From Lytechinus pictus (Eukaryota), in NCBI RefSeq assembly GCF_037042905.1, contig NC_087263.1, forward strand, positions 11,286,001 to 11,350,000: DNA of 64,000 bases, written 5' to 3'. The translations under genes and the position numbers were made by a program. Below, piece after piece: positions 1-12,830 of the stretch. Positions within the stretch are counted from its first letter, which is position 1. Each line of letters starts with the position of its first letter. The notes below the pieces were generated by a model. That model saw only the letters and a list, made by a program, of their open reading frames with translations. It did no database searches and was not told where the DNA came from.

Positions 1-487
1 TATGGGAGAATTAAAACAAATATTTTCTTGGAGTGGACCTAACCCATTTTGCAACCAAACACTTCTGAACAACTCATTTGTCAAAAGGGGTTAGGTCCAT
101 TTTTCATAAATTTTATTGTTTTCTGTCTCTAAACCTCTAAATTTTTAGTCACTCTGATGATACCAAAAACAATTAGAAATTCAAATGAAAACGTGAATGA
201 AAGTGGCAAAGAAAAATCGCTTTTTTAATCAAAAGAGATTGGATTCATTTCAGTTAACTTGCAAAAGGGGTTAGGTACACAATGATAATTTTTTTAAAAA
301 TATATAGAAAAAAATTTAAGACAGGTAGATTTCTTTTATACCCAATTTTATGTTCACCTGATAGGGTAGTACATCATGACAATTTAGTTTCTCATAAGAA
401 TATTGCAATAAGTGAGAATAAAAAAACATGGTCTTTCTCGGAATGGTCCAAAGTGGACCTAACCCCTTTTGCAAATAAACTCTTCAT
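1..487. mobile_element. Partial repeat, probably the end of a non-autonomous DNA transposon, abutting a (TA)n tract
   Basis: Motif GGACCTAACCCCTTTT recurs four times in both orientations (~35, ~83, ~263, ~455); sequence switches to (TA)n at ~487; other end is outside the window. Confidence 0.45.
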
Positions 488-944
488 ATATATATATATA
501 TATGTTTATATAGTAGAATAATAGGATGGAGCGAGTTGCTTGGATTTTATTTGTACAGACTGTTCATCAGCAACATGAGGCTCCTGTACACATGCAGTTT
601 AAGATGTTGGGGCCACACTCCCTTTCCGTTTCCAATCCGACTGCCCCCCCCCCCCCCTCGGAATCGAAGTAAATTCAAAATTCACTAACACGTTATCTAA
701 TATGTTGTAAGAATAAGAAATATGCTGTTGCATATTCAAACCAAGTAGGACCCCCAAGAGGTGAAGACCGGGGATTATGTAAATTTAGAATTTCATAACT
801 TTCTCATTCTACATCCCATTTTGATGAAACTTTCAGTGTTTATGTTTGTTTATTTTTTCTCCATAGATTCAAATCAATAGCTTCATATCATCTGCATATC
901 CGTCCTGTCAATAGATTAATTAACTCTCGAAACGAAACGGCGCC

Positions 945-1528
945 TTAAAGGATAAGTCCACTCCAACAAAAAGTTGATTTTAATAAAAAGAGAAGAATCC
1001 GACAAGCCTAACACTGAAAATTTCATCAAAATCGGATGTCAAATAAAAAAGTTATGACATTTTAAAGTTTTGCTTAATTTCACAAAACAGTCATATGCAC
1101 ATCCTGGTGGGTATGCAAATGAGGAGACCGACGGCGTCATCCACTCACTATTTCTTATATGAAATAGAGAATATTCTATTTTTCTCCTTATCGTCAAGTG
1201 AAACAATTTTGAATTCTTCTCTTAACAAGTGGAATGAGCATTGTTTAATACTATATGATTCAGTCAATTTGGTCCTTATATTCAAATCTATAAAAAATGA
1301 AATATTGTATAATTCAAACAATAAAAAACAAAATAAATAGTGAGTTAGGGACATCATCGACTGTCTCACTTGAGTTGTGCATATTACTGTTTTGTAAAAG
1401 AAATTAAGCATAACTTTAAGATGTCATAACTTTCTTATTTTACATCCGGTTTTGATTTCAGCGTTTTGCTAGTTTGATTTATTTGATTTATTCAAATCAA
1501 CATTTTCTGCGGTGGACTTGACCTTTAA
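945..1528. mobile_element. Palindromic MITE with TTAA flanks and AGG...CCT termini (Kolobok-type)
   Basis: TTAA-AGGATAAGTCCAC ... GTGGACTTGACCT-TTAA with long imperfect inverted arms; closely related copy at 37433-38039. Confidence 0.8.
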
Positions 1529-4500
1529 GTTTGTCTACACTCGATCGGCACACGAACTTTTCTGTGTTTTTTTTTGTCCACATGCAGGAATATTCGTATT
1601 CGCTAAATATATTGTTCGATCCTTTTTGTTACCTCAATGCCAGGCATTAAGCACAAATTATAAACTGTGGTATCGTTTTTATTCAGTTTTTGTTATTATT
1701 GTATGGAACCAGAACTCCATAGTTTTGGATGGAGATGCAGAAACTAGCATATTGCTACATTTCCGGCATGAATACTAATATTTCCTGATTTGATATTCAT
1801 AAGGATCGTGACGCCACTGAACCATACAAACAGGAAATAAAATAGATAACCAAACCTTTTCTAATTTTCCCTTTATACATTTTATCATGACCATAGCTCG
1901 CGCTCAAACTCCAGTGCGCATACCGCCTGTTGGTTTATAGAATCTGTGCATTTCAATTGTTGCAAAGGCAAAGGCAGCCAAATCAAATAATAAACGGTCA
2001 CGGTCCACGTCGACATCTTAGAGGGATAAAGATTCCCAGATACAATTCATAGTTAAAACCGACTGATTTCGCGACCACTGATGTTTCAAGAGCAATTGTG
2101 AAGACAACTGCTTATTTCCTGTCGCCGACCCCTTCTCAACAGAGATCATCCACGAAAAATGTTAAAACATAAAGCACGATTAGCGGCAAGCTGCTTAAGA
2201 ACAATCGTTATCGTGGCGCTTAGATCATGTAGATTTGCCAGAAAATTAAACACGTGTTTGTCAGTTCGCGTGCGCGCGCGTGCCGTGAAGTCGGAATGAA
2301 TAAATCATGAGATTATTCTTTTAAACATGCAGTCCTTTGCTGGAAGTTGTGTATATTTAGCAGGTTTATGAGGCTAATTACACGTCCTTTTAGCACCCAT
2401 GACCTTGATCTTCTTCCCATTGGTATGAAATTATTGTTCATTTGTTATGGGTTCTTTCAATAACGATTGTTTAAGATTTGGCTCATAAGTTTGACGCCTG
2501 ACACTTTCGAAGGCCTGTAATCATGATAACATTCATGCTGAAGCAAAGAATCATTATTCCTTTCATTAAACTCTTCAAAATTCTACTCAATTTTCAATTA
2601 GAAATATAAAGTTTATTGTAAGCAGTAATCAGTGATAGAAATTCGTCAGTGGAAGGAAAAGAATGTATCAATTTTATCGATAATCTTCTATTCTTTTTTA
2701 TTCATTCTTAACATGCCCCCATCACACATCGATTTGATAAAAGCGCATTTTAGCTAGCATTTTAAGACTTAAGATACATTATAATAAGTGCCCATGTCTG
2801 AGAATCTAAGATAAGGTTTATATGAACGTTCGAACGATTACTTTATAAAAGGGTTGAGGGACTGGAGAGGTGCAAAATAGAACTCTAGAATCCGGGGTTG
2901 TGGCAAAACCTGCCTAAAAAGGATTGCATTTCTTGGAAAGAATCTGAAGGAGTATCATGAAATAATATCGCAACCCTCTCTCTTTGATAATCCATTTTCC
3001 CCCAAATACAGTGTAGTTCAAAACTATCCCCTTGCTTCCGCCCCGAGCAGACTATCTACATGAAAAACTTCATATTTCATGTTTTCATTATTCTTTTATT
3101 TTCTCTAATCAATTTGTTTATATTTCATCTGAAACTGATATTTATAATGTCTAAATTAGGGCAGTTGCAGCAATTTTATAGAGAAATGCCTACATCTATT
3201 TTGTTTACATTACCCCTAATTCATGTAATTTTGAAGTATACAAAGCTGAAAAGAGTGATCACACTTAGATCGCTAAAGCAGGTATATACAGGGTATTATA
3301 GCTTGTAACTCCATGTTTATTTTTCAGTACTCAATTTCTACTACTATAACTAGCATCACCTATGTTCTTAGTATACACAAAAGCACAATCATATTGGGTT
3401 CTGTCCAAACTCATCTTAAGATATTCAACTATATCTTCAAACTGATCCGATTCTCCCGAGATTTTTTGTTATGTCGATCCGTCTCTTTCATCTTCTACGT
3501 TCTTCAAAAATCATTTATTTGGTGTTTGAGATTCTGATAACATTCGAGGCTGTCCTGAAAACAGACCATTTAAACAATCGACTTATATAAGAGAGTTATT
3601 AACTTTCGCACCCCCTCCCCCTCTCTCCTTGGAGTTAACATCTTCTTGTCCCAAACTGTAATATGTCAATCACTACGATCTCCAAATTATGTTGTACCAT
3701 TTGAAAAGATTTTCGGCTGCGACGTGATTTTGAGCCCATCAAATTAAGTGTTCCATTTAGTCATAACCATTGGTCTTCCTGTCCATGTTATGTCAGGCCA
3801 CAATAATAATTAACGCGTCGGACTGTAGACGCGCTGAGCTCCACGCATGAAAGACTCAGGGGCAAGTCTTGGGTGAATTAACTTCAGCAAAAGAGCACGA
3901 CCTTTCCTGCTTAATATTCATCGGTTTTGCCCCCAGGGTATTTCTGTCATAGCCATGCTAAACTTGACTGATATGTACCGATTATCACTCAGCCCTATCC
4001 GGGCAACACGGGCCGTACAATGCGTAAAAATAACAAAAATGATTGCGGAAGCCGAAAGGGGGAAGGGGAATACTAGTTCGCGCGAGTAGTTCTTATTGTG
4101 CACCAGCCGCCTGGCTCCCCGATCCCCTCTTCTCACCCGGTAGCCATCGTACCGAGCGCCGCTGGTTTACTGGCGTTCTGCAGAAGCGTTCGAAGAAAAA
4201 AGAAAAGAGAAAAGTATACCGGTGATTGGTTTATGGACTGTTTTCATCAGACAAAAGAGGGAACATTTGCCCCTGGCAAAAACTTGATTCGATCCTCTTA
4301 TATGACAGCAAACGAAATTCGATTCAGATGTCATGATGTTTGTCTCCTATTACGACAAATTTTGACAAGTGTAATTTAATCATATCGGTTTCGAGTTACA
4401 ATTGGTCTGATTGATTTCACGTAATTCTTGTAATAAAGTGAGATGATCGCCCAGATGACATTTTGACAATCGAAGTTAAGTGGTTGAAAGAACTTTACAA

Positions 4501-6734
4501 TAATCCCCATTGTATAAACCTACAATCCCTATACAATGTGATTACTCAGGCGATGCCTGTAATGTTTTGAACAGAAATTACTAAAATATATTGATGAATA
4601 TAATATTTTAAAGTGTTCTTTGGAAAAGTGCATTTGAATAAACCTTTGTATTACAAGAATACTCCATTTGTCAGTCCATTTTCAGTTCTATACATCCACA
4701 ATAGTAAAATATGTAAGTCTTAAAACTGATTCATATGAAGCATCTCAATTGTAAACTAAATGTATGGACCCCCGTCTGTTTCAGAGATAGTGAAAAGAAT
4801 ATAAATTCCCTAGATATCATGTATAAAGAATGGCGCCTTCATTAGGGCGCCATTGTTTCAAAATGTACATACGCGTCAAAGGCACGAAATTATACCGTGT
4901 GAGTAAAAAAAAAAAAAAAAAAGAAACCTCAAAATCCATATTTTAAGGAAAAATATGTCATGAGCACATAATTATTACATATGGCTGGAAAAGGATCTTC
5001 TCCCAAATAATTTGATACCATATTTATGTGATATGTGTTAACATTTGGATAATCACTAGGTATTCTTTGCAGTGGTGACTGGCGCCAAAGTAAGGCATGA
5101 CTGCAATGAATGAATCCAGATGCTAATGATGTCACAATATACATGAGTTAATAAACAGTTGCAGATCCTGTTTCGATTGAATTAACTTGAGAATTTATAC
5201 TAAACAGTGTTTTTAAACAATTATAATGTAAATTATTTGAAAAAGTGTTTTGAAATGGATGTTAATGCAAACGTTGTACGATATTGACATGATTGACATC
5301 TGAATTTATTCATTAGAGTTCACTGCAAGGAATACCTCTTGATCAACCACCGTTTACAAATTCCACATAAACATGGTATCAAATTATTTTGGAGAACATA
5401 CTCTTCCAGGCCATATATGATAATTATGTGTTCGCGACATAATATTTGCTTAAATTGGAGATTATGTGGGTCGTCAAGTTTTATTTGAATCACACGGTAG
5501 TGTGGTTTCAGAATATTTCCTCGATGGAAAATTTGATATGAGCCAATAATGTACGAAGTTTTATAACAATGGTGAAAATCGAGAGAGGGGGTGAGAGAAA
5601 ACAAAATCTCTCCTTTTAAAAGGTATTCTGTATTTTGCATTTCTAAGACCACAAAGACAACCTAGCCAGGCTAGCCTTGAGATATAACGAAACGGGCAGA
5701 GGTTGGATGAGTTTTAATTTGGTGTGCTCGACTGTTATTGACCTATGGTTTTTATCATTTATTAGTACATGACAATCCGAGAGGATTAAAAGGGGTGTTG
5801 TCATCTTGTTGGTTGTTTAAATATCGAAGGTTTAACTATATTGTCGGTCAGGTTTAGTACTCGATGTCAAAGTTTTCTTATGTAATGTGATGAAGCAAAA
5901 AAGAAAAGAACGAAGTAACTAGCGACTTGCTTCATAATCTTACTCTCTAAAAATAATGAGCAAATTTTATCGTCCACTCAAATGGTTCTTACGATATCCC
6001 GTCGTTCTTCCTCCATGTACTCCTAACAAGTGACCTACAAATAGGGAAAGGTGAACAAACCACAGGATACCAAAAATAAAATTGTTAAGGCTTGCTCTCG
6101 TAATCATCTACACTTCATAAACACTGCATTGTCCAGTGTTATTATTAAGTATAATCCGTTCCCGCCTCCTTTGTATTTTTATATTATCATTTTGCAATGG
6201 ACAAACAAAAACCGCACAATAATACCCTCTTTTCAATGATGCGTCGCTATGATCCAACCTTTCGACCGGGTGTGAATTCCAAATGGATTGTTCGCTGGGG
6301 ACCTATTATCACCGTGAAAGAAAGAACGGCGGGAACAGCGAAGAAGAAAAACAGGCGTAGAATGTCGTGCGCGTGGCTGTGCGCGCACCACGCGTGTCCT
6401 TAAGATAACAAATTATTTGCAGTTTTCCCTAATCCGTTTCGCAAATGAATATGAGTATATTTGCACACTGTCGATTTAGTAGTGAAAGAGAAAATATTGT
6501 ACTCCCCGACATGAACATGTTCCTACTATCTACCGGCACATTTTAAGATCATCATTATTAATATTTTTAAGTACAGTAGTATGTACTATACGAAAGCGAA
6601 TGACGCAAGAAAATTGAATCATCAGCAAATGTACACTTGATGTTCATAATTAAGGGTCACATTTCATAGGCAGTATTCTTGTCATTGACTGTTCGGGATA
6701 TCCCCAGCATATAGTTCAACTAACAAATTATATT

Positions 6735-7060
6735 GAATCCCGCCACAGCACTAGCGTCCTTTGGCAAGGCGTTTATCTACATTTGCTACTCTCCACCCAG
6801 GTGTAGTAAATGGGTAATCCAGTAGGAAGGGATCTTTGAATGCTCGAGCGCCAGATCAGGGTAGCCGTGCTAATGCAAGGATAATTGTACGCAGCGCTTA
6901 GAAATATTTGTATTAAGCGCTTTATAAACGTTGCATATTATTATCATCATTTTTATTATCATTATTATTATCATTATTATTATTATTATTATCATTATTA
7001 TAATTATTATCATTATTATTATTATTATTGTCATTATTTATTATTATTATTATTATTATA
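6735..7060 (+). mobile_element. 5'-truncated tRNA-derived SINE (subfamily A) with expanded (ATT)n tail
   Basis: Body CCTTTGGCAAGGCGTTTATCT...CCACCCAGGTGTAGTAAATGGG and tail GCGCTTAGAAA...GCGCTTTATAAA match the copy at 58222-58490; about 125 bp of ATT microsatellite follows. Confidence 0.75.
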
Positions 7061-9426
7061 TTGGGAATCTAATTATGCATGCATATTTGGCCGGAATTTC
7101 GTATATCATGATCACCCAAGTACCAACGAATTGTCTAGAATCGAGATTTTGATAAAGGTGTCGAAAGTTATGAAAAGGAATGCCCAACTTGTCATCATCA
7201 TCATCATCTTCTGTAATCTTCAAAGGACTCTGCAGCCTATCTCGAAGATATCACTTGATAAATATGTCTTTTTCGTCATTTCGTTTTTATTGGTTAACAC
7301 TCTGAAGGAAATTATCATTTTCTATTAATATCAAACGAGAAAAAAACAATGAAACAAAACCGAACAATTTTTAAATAGATATAATCAAATCCGCTTGTTT
7401 CATATACGACCTTAAGAAAAATATATTTTAAACATGTTAAAGGCGAGCTTAAAATAAAGTTCTTAAGTTCAAAAGACGTATGGTTTACAGCTTTACTGGA
7501 ACTATTAAAAGTATGAGTACTGTTGTAATAATGTTATTTTTTCCTTAGTGATAACAATAATGGGTTAAGCAATTAAGCTAGGCTTATTTCGAAATAAATG
7601 CCTCGAAGGCGGTCTATCGATGTTCCAAGTATAAGAAGTACGCTTAAAGATTTGTATACACCACCCTAACCCCACGTGCCCAATAAAAAAGACAAATCAC
7701 TCTTCGACTTCAATACATAAAGCATTTTATGTTAGATTTCATAAACATTATTCCTCTCTTCGTATCATAATATGTTTTCGACAAGCCGTTTAAATTGCTC
7801 CTCGGCCTGGTGTCCATGAATAGAATAGACGTTAAAGACGCAAATTAGCAAACTATCTAATACTCAATCAAGTTCTTTATGATTGTCAGTGAAGCTTTAC
7901 CGCGTACATCCATGTCGCTTTTCTGTAATACCACAACGATCTGTCAACGTCAATATCCCAGGAGTTTAGGGGGAAGGCATAGCGACGTCCCGCTCGAAAG
8001 CAACCTGCAGCGCTGGTGGGCATGTTTTAGATACGACGAAGAAAGCGTGCAAGAAATGGTAACGGTAGCGAAGAGCCCATCACCCCTTTTCTTGTTATCT
8101 ATGCCTTAAAGTGTTAAAATCGGGAGGGGAAAATATGTGGTTAACACTCTCCCCTTGGTAGCTCGAGGATATACAGTTGGTCTAACCGATTAACACGTGT
8201 ATTGTGGTGCGTTTCATAAAACATGTCAAAAGAATATTATTGCATTATCAGTATAAAGCTACTGAAATCATTCAATTTGATTGGCTGATAGTGGTCTTGT
8301 TGTAGAACTTGTCCATTTGTTAATATAACAAGTGTTCGTGAAACAGGACCCTGGTTTTGTGCGAAACGTTAGGGAAAATAATTTTGAAGAAGCAGTGGAG
8401 GGCAGAAACAATACAACATAGCTTCTGGATATTTCCCTTTCTATTCCTTCATCGTTTTCCTAAACGTTCTTGGATTCTTAATCGTAACAAGGTGGAACTG
8501 AAGTATGCATCAACATCAAATATCTTTGATTTAGTAATCAATTACTATTATTTTACCGCGGGTTGATAAGTATTGAAAATAATGGCCCAAAATCATTTCT
8601 GAAGCGTCAATCTGTGATTTTTTCCCCAAGTTGAGTTTTACAAAAGTTATGATATTACTAATTAATCTTTGTTCTTGGTATGGTATAAACGAAGAACAAA
8701 TATACCGGTTGTTCATGTTTACCCCATTCGCGTTATACAAGCATCAGCTCATCAAGATAACCATCATCATCGTCATTAGCTTCATCATCATCCTTATCAT
8801 ATTCGTCGGCGTTATCACACCATATATGGCAGACCCCCCCCCCCCCCCCCCTCCCTAAGATGCAACACATTTTCAGAAGAAGATAGAAAACGAAACGACA
8901 GAGCTTGTCGTTGGGGGTGTTTTTGCAATTTCTAAAGTGAAATCGAAGCCTATTTTGTGTACACTCTTGGTGAAATTGTGAAGATTTTCAGGAAAAAATT
9001 GTATGTTTTCAAAATATCTGGGGGGGGGGGAGCAACTGCCCTCACCCCCGGTTGCCTACGGCTATGCTACAAGCATTATGTACATCATCCCCGTCATCAT
9101 CGAAAACATAAATACCGTCATATTTACCATAATTTTGACCATCGTCATCGGCGTCATTGCCATCTGGAATATCATCCTCATCAACATCAGCATCTCTCTT
9201 CTCATCAACACCAGCGTCATAACTTGCATCTACATGTATGTTAGTTAATATGCGCATGTCTCCACTTAATATATATCGATATACCTGTTTGATCACATGT
9301 TTAATCATTCATTCATTCATTCAAAAAATCATCCATCTGTTTATGTATGTAGTCAGTTTCCACTTAAAATGAATTATTTTTTCACATCTTCCCCCCCCCC
9401 CTCCCTCTCTCTCTCTCTGTATGCAG

Positions 9427-9477
9427 GCAAATGGTTATGATTACCCTCAAGAGACCACTGGAGGCTATTACTACTAA
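9427..9477 (+). CDS. Probable terminal coding exon (ANGYDYPQETTGGYYY*) of an unidentified gene; upstream exons not located
   Basis: Long polypyrimidine tract then CAG acceptor at 9424-9426; phase-0 frame ends at TAA 9475-9477; followed by UTR-like sequence and AATAAA at 10649-10654. Frame is not proven. Confidence 0.4.
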   Translation, partial: ANGYDYPQETTGGYYY

Positions 9478-10648
9478 CCCTTGACCATGACCAATGGTAA
9501 CCCTTCAACCAGTGCAAGGAGGGAAACTGGACGATTGTGTTCCAAAATCAAGGTGGACCAGACAGAGAGGGCCACGCTTAACTTGACTGACGTCAGAGGC
9601 CGACGGTCGAACTGAAAACATTCCCAAAGGCGCCGCAGCAGCCGCCATGAATACTCCTGATCAAGATGATCAAGAAGTTTGTCAGCAAAAACTTGGCGGA
9701 AAAAAATGATCGGTCATCCACTGGACATTCAAAGCCAAGCGAGGCCTCTGTCAAAGACGGACATTAATTGCCTACTAAGATAACTAATTGTGATGTTACA
9801 ATGTTCTTGTAAATGTTCTAGAAAATGAGATTTCCCATGGGAAAGACTTATTAGTTTGAAAATCTTGAACAGAATATGAATTGGATGGCATCACCATGCT
9901 CACTAAAACCGTGCACACATTCCTCCCCAATACATTCATCGTCATGATCATGTGTCGCATTTACACATAATCGTGTTTGAAGAGGGTCTAGAGAGACCAA
10001 TATTATTTAACCTTGTAGTTTGGTTGAAGTACTGTATTATCTATGTATATCTACGTGATTTTTTCTCGTTTAATTATGTATCAAAGGGAATGTCCGGGGG
10101 CGTTTCGTGGAAGCCTTGTCAGACATCTTATCCAACAAGTCTTGTTATATCCAACATTTACTATAGTAACAGTGCTTGTCAGCCAATCAAAATCAAGAAT
10201 TTTTCGAGATCTGACGACTTGTAAAGACAACAAATGTTGATGAAATACTACCCGATTCTGTCATCTTTTTGAGAGCAGTACCGACCGGGGGAGCAGTTCC
10301 ACCATGATCTTAAATGACCCTGTTATGAGATTATTACTACATGGTATTATCTATCAATGTTAATTTAAATGTATCGACGACAGAATGGTGTGACCGAACA
10401 GACAATGTTTAACATATTTCTGACAAAACCATGAATCTTAATTTATATTGAAGAATGTAAATATTAATACACTCCATAGTGAGAATTTGTTCGAATACTA
10501 ACCTGCCAAATCCATCACAGTGCAATATTGTATACAGTGTAAATAGTTCTAAAGATATTATTGTTTTTCATGATGAAAAGAAAAATTGAATTCGTTCTAT
10601 CTTGTCGGAATTTGTATGATATTGTATATACATGTACATAACATGATG

Positions 10649-10654
10649 AATAAA
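10649..10654 (+). terminator. Putative polyadenylation signal of the plus-strand gene
   Basis: AATAAA preceded by several TGTA elements in an AU-rich stretch ~1.2 kb after the stop at 9477. Confidence 0.4.
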
Positions 10655-12035
10655 ATTACAATCTTGTTGAAATGATGGAGAATGGTTAACATATATTTTT
10701 TTATCTCAGTATTTTTAATGACGTGAAACATTTTCATTTTGTCCTGATAAACAGTTACAAACGTACCAATATCTATACACTATATCACAATTATATATTT
10801 CTGATTATATATACAAAGTACAATGGAAGAGAAAAACATTGGACAACATAGAAATACGGATTTTCTCTGAAACAAGGATTGTGTGGGCGTCGTGCTCGTA
10901 TTTCAACAGTCAGACCGCAGGTCCCTATATGCTAATGAGCAAACAGGATAGATTCATCCAAATCATCTCGTGGCTGAATCCTCCTCCCAGCAAAATCTCG
11001 TGAATCATGAGATTTCTGTCTCTAAAATATTACCTCCTTTAACCTAAAGTCAAATTTAATACCATTGCACCATCGGATAGAGAAAATGTTTCTCTTTCAT
11101 ATTGGTCATTTATATTGTATAAAAATATTTTGATAAATATGTATATGAATTTCAGGCCTGAAAATGTCCTTAAAACTTACAAAAAACAAGTATTATGAAA
11201 TGAGCTCCTTGTAGATAAGTGATTTGTTCTGCTTTTCCCAAATGATAAGGATAAAATCATGAAAATATATCTCCGTTTTCGAAAGCATTTTTTTTTTCAT
11301 TTATCTATTTCACTGATGCATTTGACATGTTGGAAGAATCTGCATATACAGCAAAAAAGAATAAAATGATAATGATACAATTAACAGATTAAAAAGGGAT
11401 GTGTACCACGTTAGCCAGTCATTCCATTCCGGTGTTAATATGTTCGATGCTACTTCAATACCTATGGGAGCTATTACAACTAATTTGTTTTGTTTTACTT
11501 TACACTTTGGCATTATGTCCAATCTCTAGGGTGTAATGTTAACACCTTAAGGTGTCGTTCTCTAATGATGGCAACTGGTAATTTTTTGTCAACCCAGATT
11601 TACAGTGTAAATGCTTGCGATAGTAGCTCCTCGATCTGCTTATGCTCATGATGTTATTAAAAGTTTGTGATGTACATACCGCATATACAATTTTTGAAAA
11701 AGGCCATATAAATCTCGACCAAAATGATAATATACATTGAACTGCACCGACACTTTCATTACACCATTTTGTCCTTGTTTCTTATTTGATTTTTACATGT
11801 ATAGTTCATTGTTTTATAGGAAGAGTGCATCCCTTGTCAAAGTGTGCAATATTCTGAAAAAAAAATCAATAACGGTAGAAACAGTAATAATGATGTAATA
11901 GTTTTTTTTTCTGGGGGGGGAGGTGTTGTTATTCACTCATTAACCTGGAAATATTCTGATCACAACACAAATATTTTGCGCTTAAGAAATGACGGCGTAG
12001 ATCAATTTGAATTGCATAGGTTCTTTGCCACATTA

Positions 12036-12249
12036 CACTCTAAAAAAAGGTTTACCAAATATTGGGTAAAATGGAAACATGCATGTTGGTTGGGTAAAAG
12101 CACTATGATACCCAATATTTTGTAAATTTTACGAGTTGTTGCGTTAAAATAGCCCAATATGCATGGGGTAAAAAATACCCAGCAAACATGCATGCCCCCT
12201 TTCTATATATCCAATATTTGGTAGATTTTTACTCAGTGTTTTTAAAGTG
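12036..12249. mobile_element. TA-flanked CAC-ended MITE (CACTA/EnSpm-like)
   Basis: TA-CACTCTAAAAAA ... TTTTTAAAGTG-TA, with internal inverted CCAAATATTGG and GCATG motifs. Confidence 0.65.
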
Positions 12250-12251
12250 TA

Positions 12252-12417
12252 CACTGCAAAAAAATGAAATGTTAATTTGGCACTTACAGTGCTTGCATAG
12301 TGACTGAACTACGACTGCTGATTTTCTAATTTAAATTTGAACTAAAAAATCAGCACTCGTAGTGCAGTCACTATACAAGCAGTGTAAGTGCTAAATTAGC
12401 ACTTCATTTTTACAGTG
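12252..12417. mobile_element. TA-flanked CAC-ended palindromic MITE, 166 bp
   Basis: TA-CACTGCAAAAAAATGAA ... TTCATTTTTACAGTG-TA; the two halves are reverse complements along almost the whole length. Confidence 0.75.
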
Positions 12418-12670
12418 TATATACATTAGATTTATCATTGAAAAAAAATACGACGCATTCTCTCTCAAATATTGAGGATCATTCCCCAAAAGTTTGATTC
12501 CCATCAACAGCGAAAGGGTCATTGGTCCCATATTGATTGCAGCACCATAATAGTGTCCAGTCACTAACAACGTAATGGAAGGCGTAGATACAGGCAAAGC
12601 TCAGCGTTCAGCACATCTTGCGTTACTGTGGGGGGGGGGGTGGAGCTCACCCGCTGATTGGTTGGAAAGT

Positions 12671-12830
12671 TTAGAGATGGGCTGCTGTTATGTTGACGTA
12701 GCACGGTACGGTGAATTGTGATTGGCCACTTGCTATAGAATAAATCACGGAGTACGTCGATGCCACGCCCCCTAGAACTCCAACCAGTATGATTTCAGCG
12801 TGGATAACTTTGTGATGAATGGCAAGATGT
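12671..12830 (-). CDS. Amino-acid transporter (Aa_trans/AAAP family), coding exon 8 (last)
   Basis: Pyrimidine tract and CAG acceptor; (R)HLAIHHKVIHAEIILVGVLGGVASTYSVIYSIASGQSQFTVPCYVNITAAHL*; supplies the last TM helix; phase matches exon 7. Confidence 0.9.

Noticed and set aside
6885..7328. 147-aa Tyr/His-rich ORF and overlapping poly-Ile ORF
   Set aside because: Translation of the (ATT)n SINE tail; low complexity
8631..9308. Hydrophobic, His-rich and Asp-rich short ORFs
   Set aside because: Degenerate (ATC)n repeat translated in different frames; no splice or homology support
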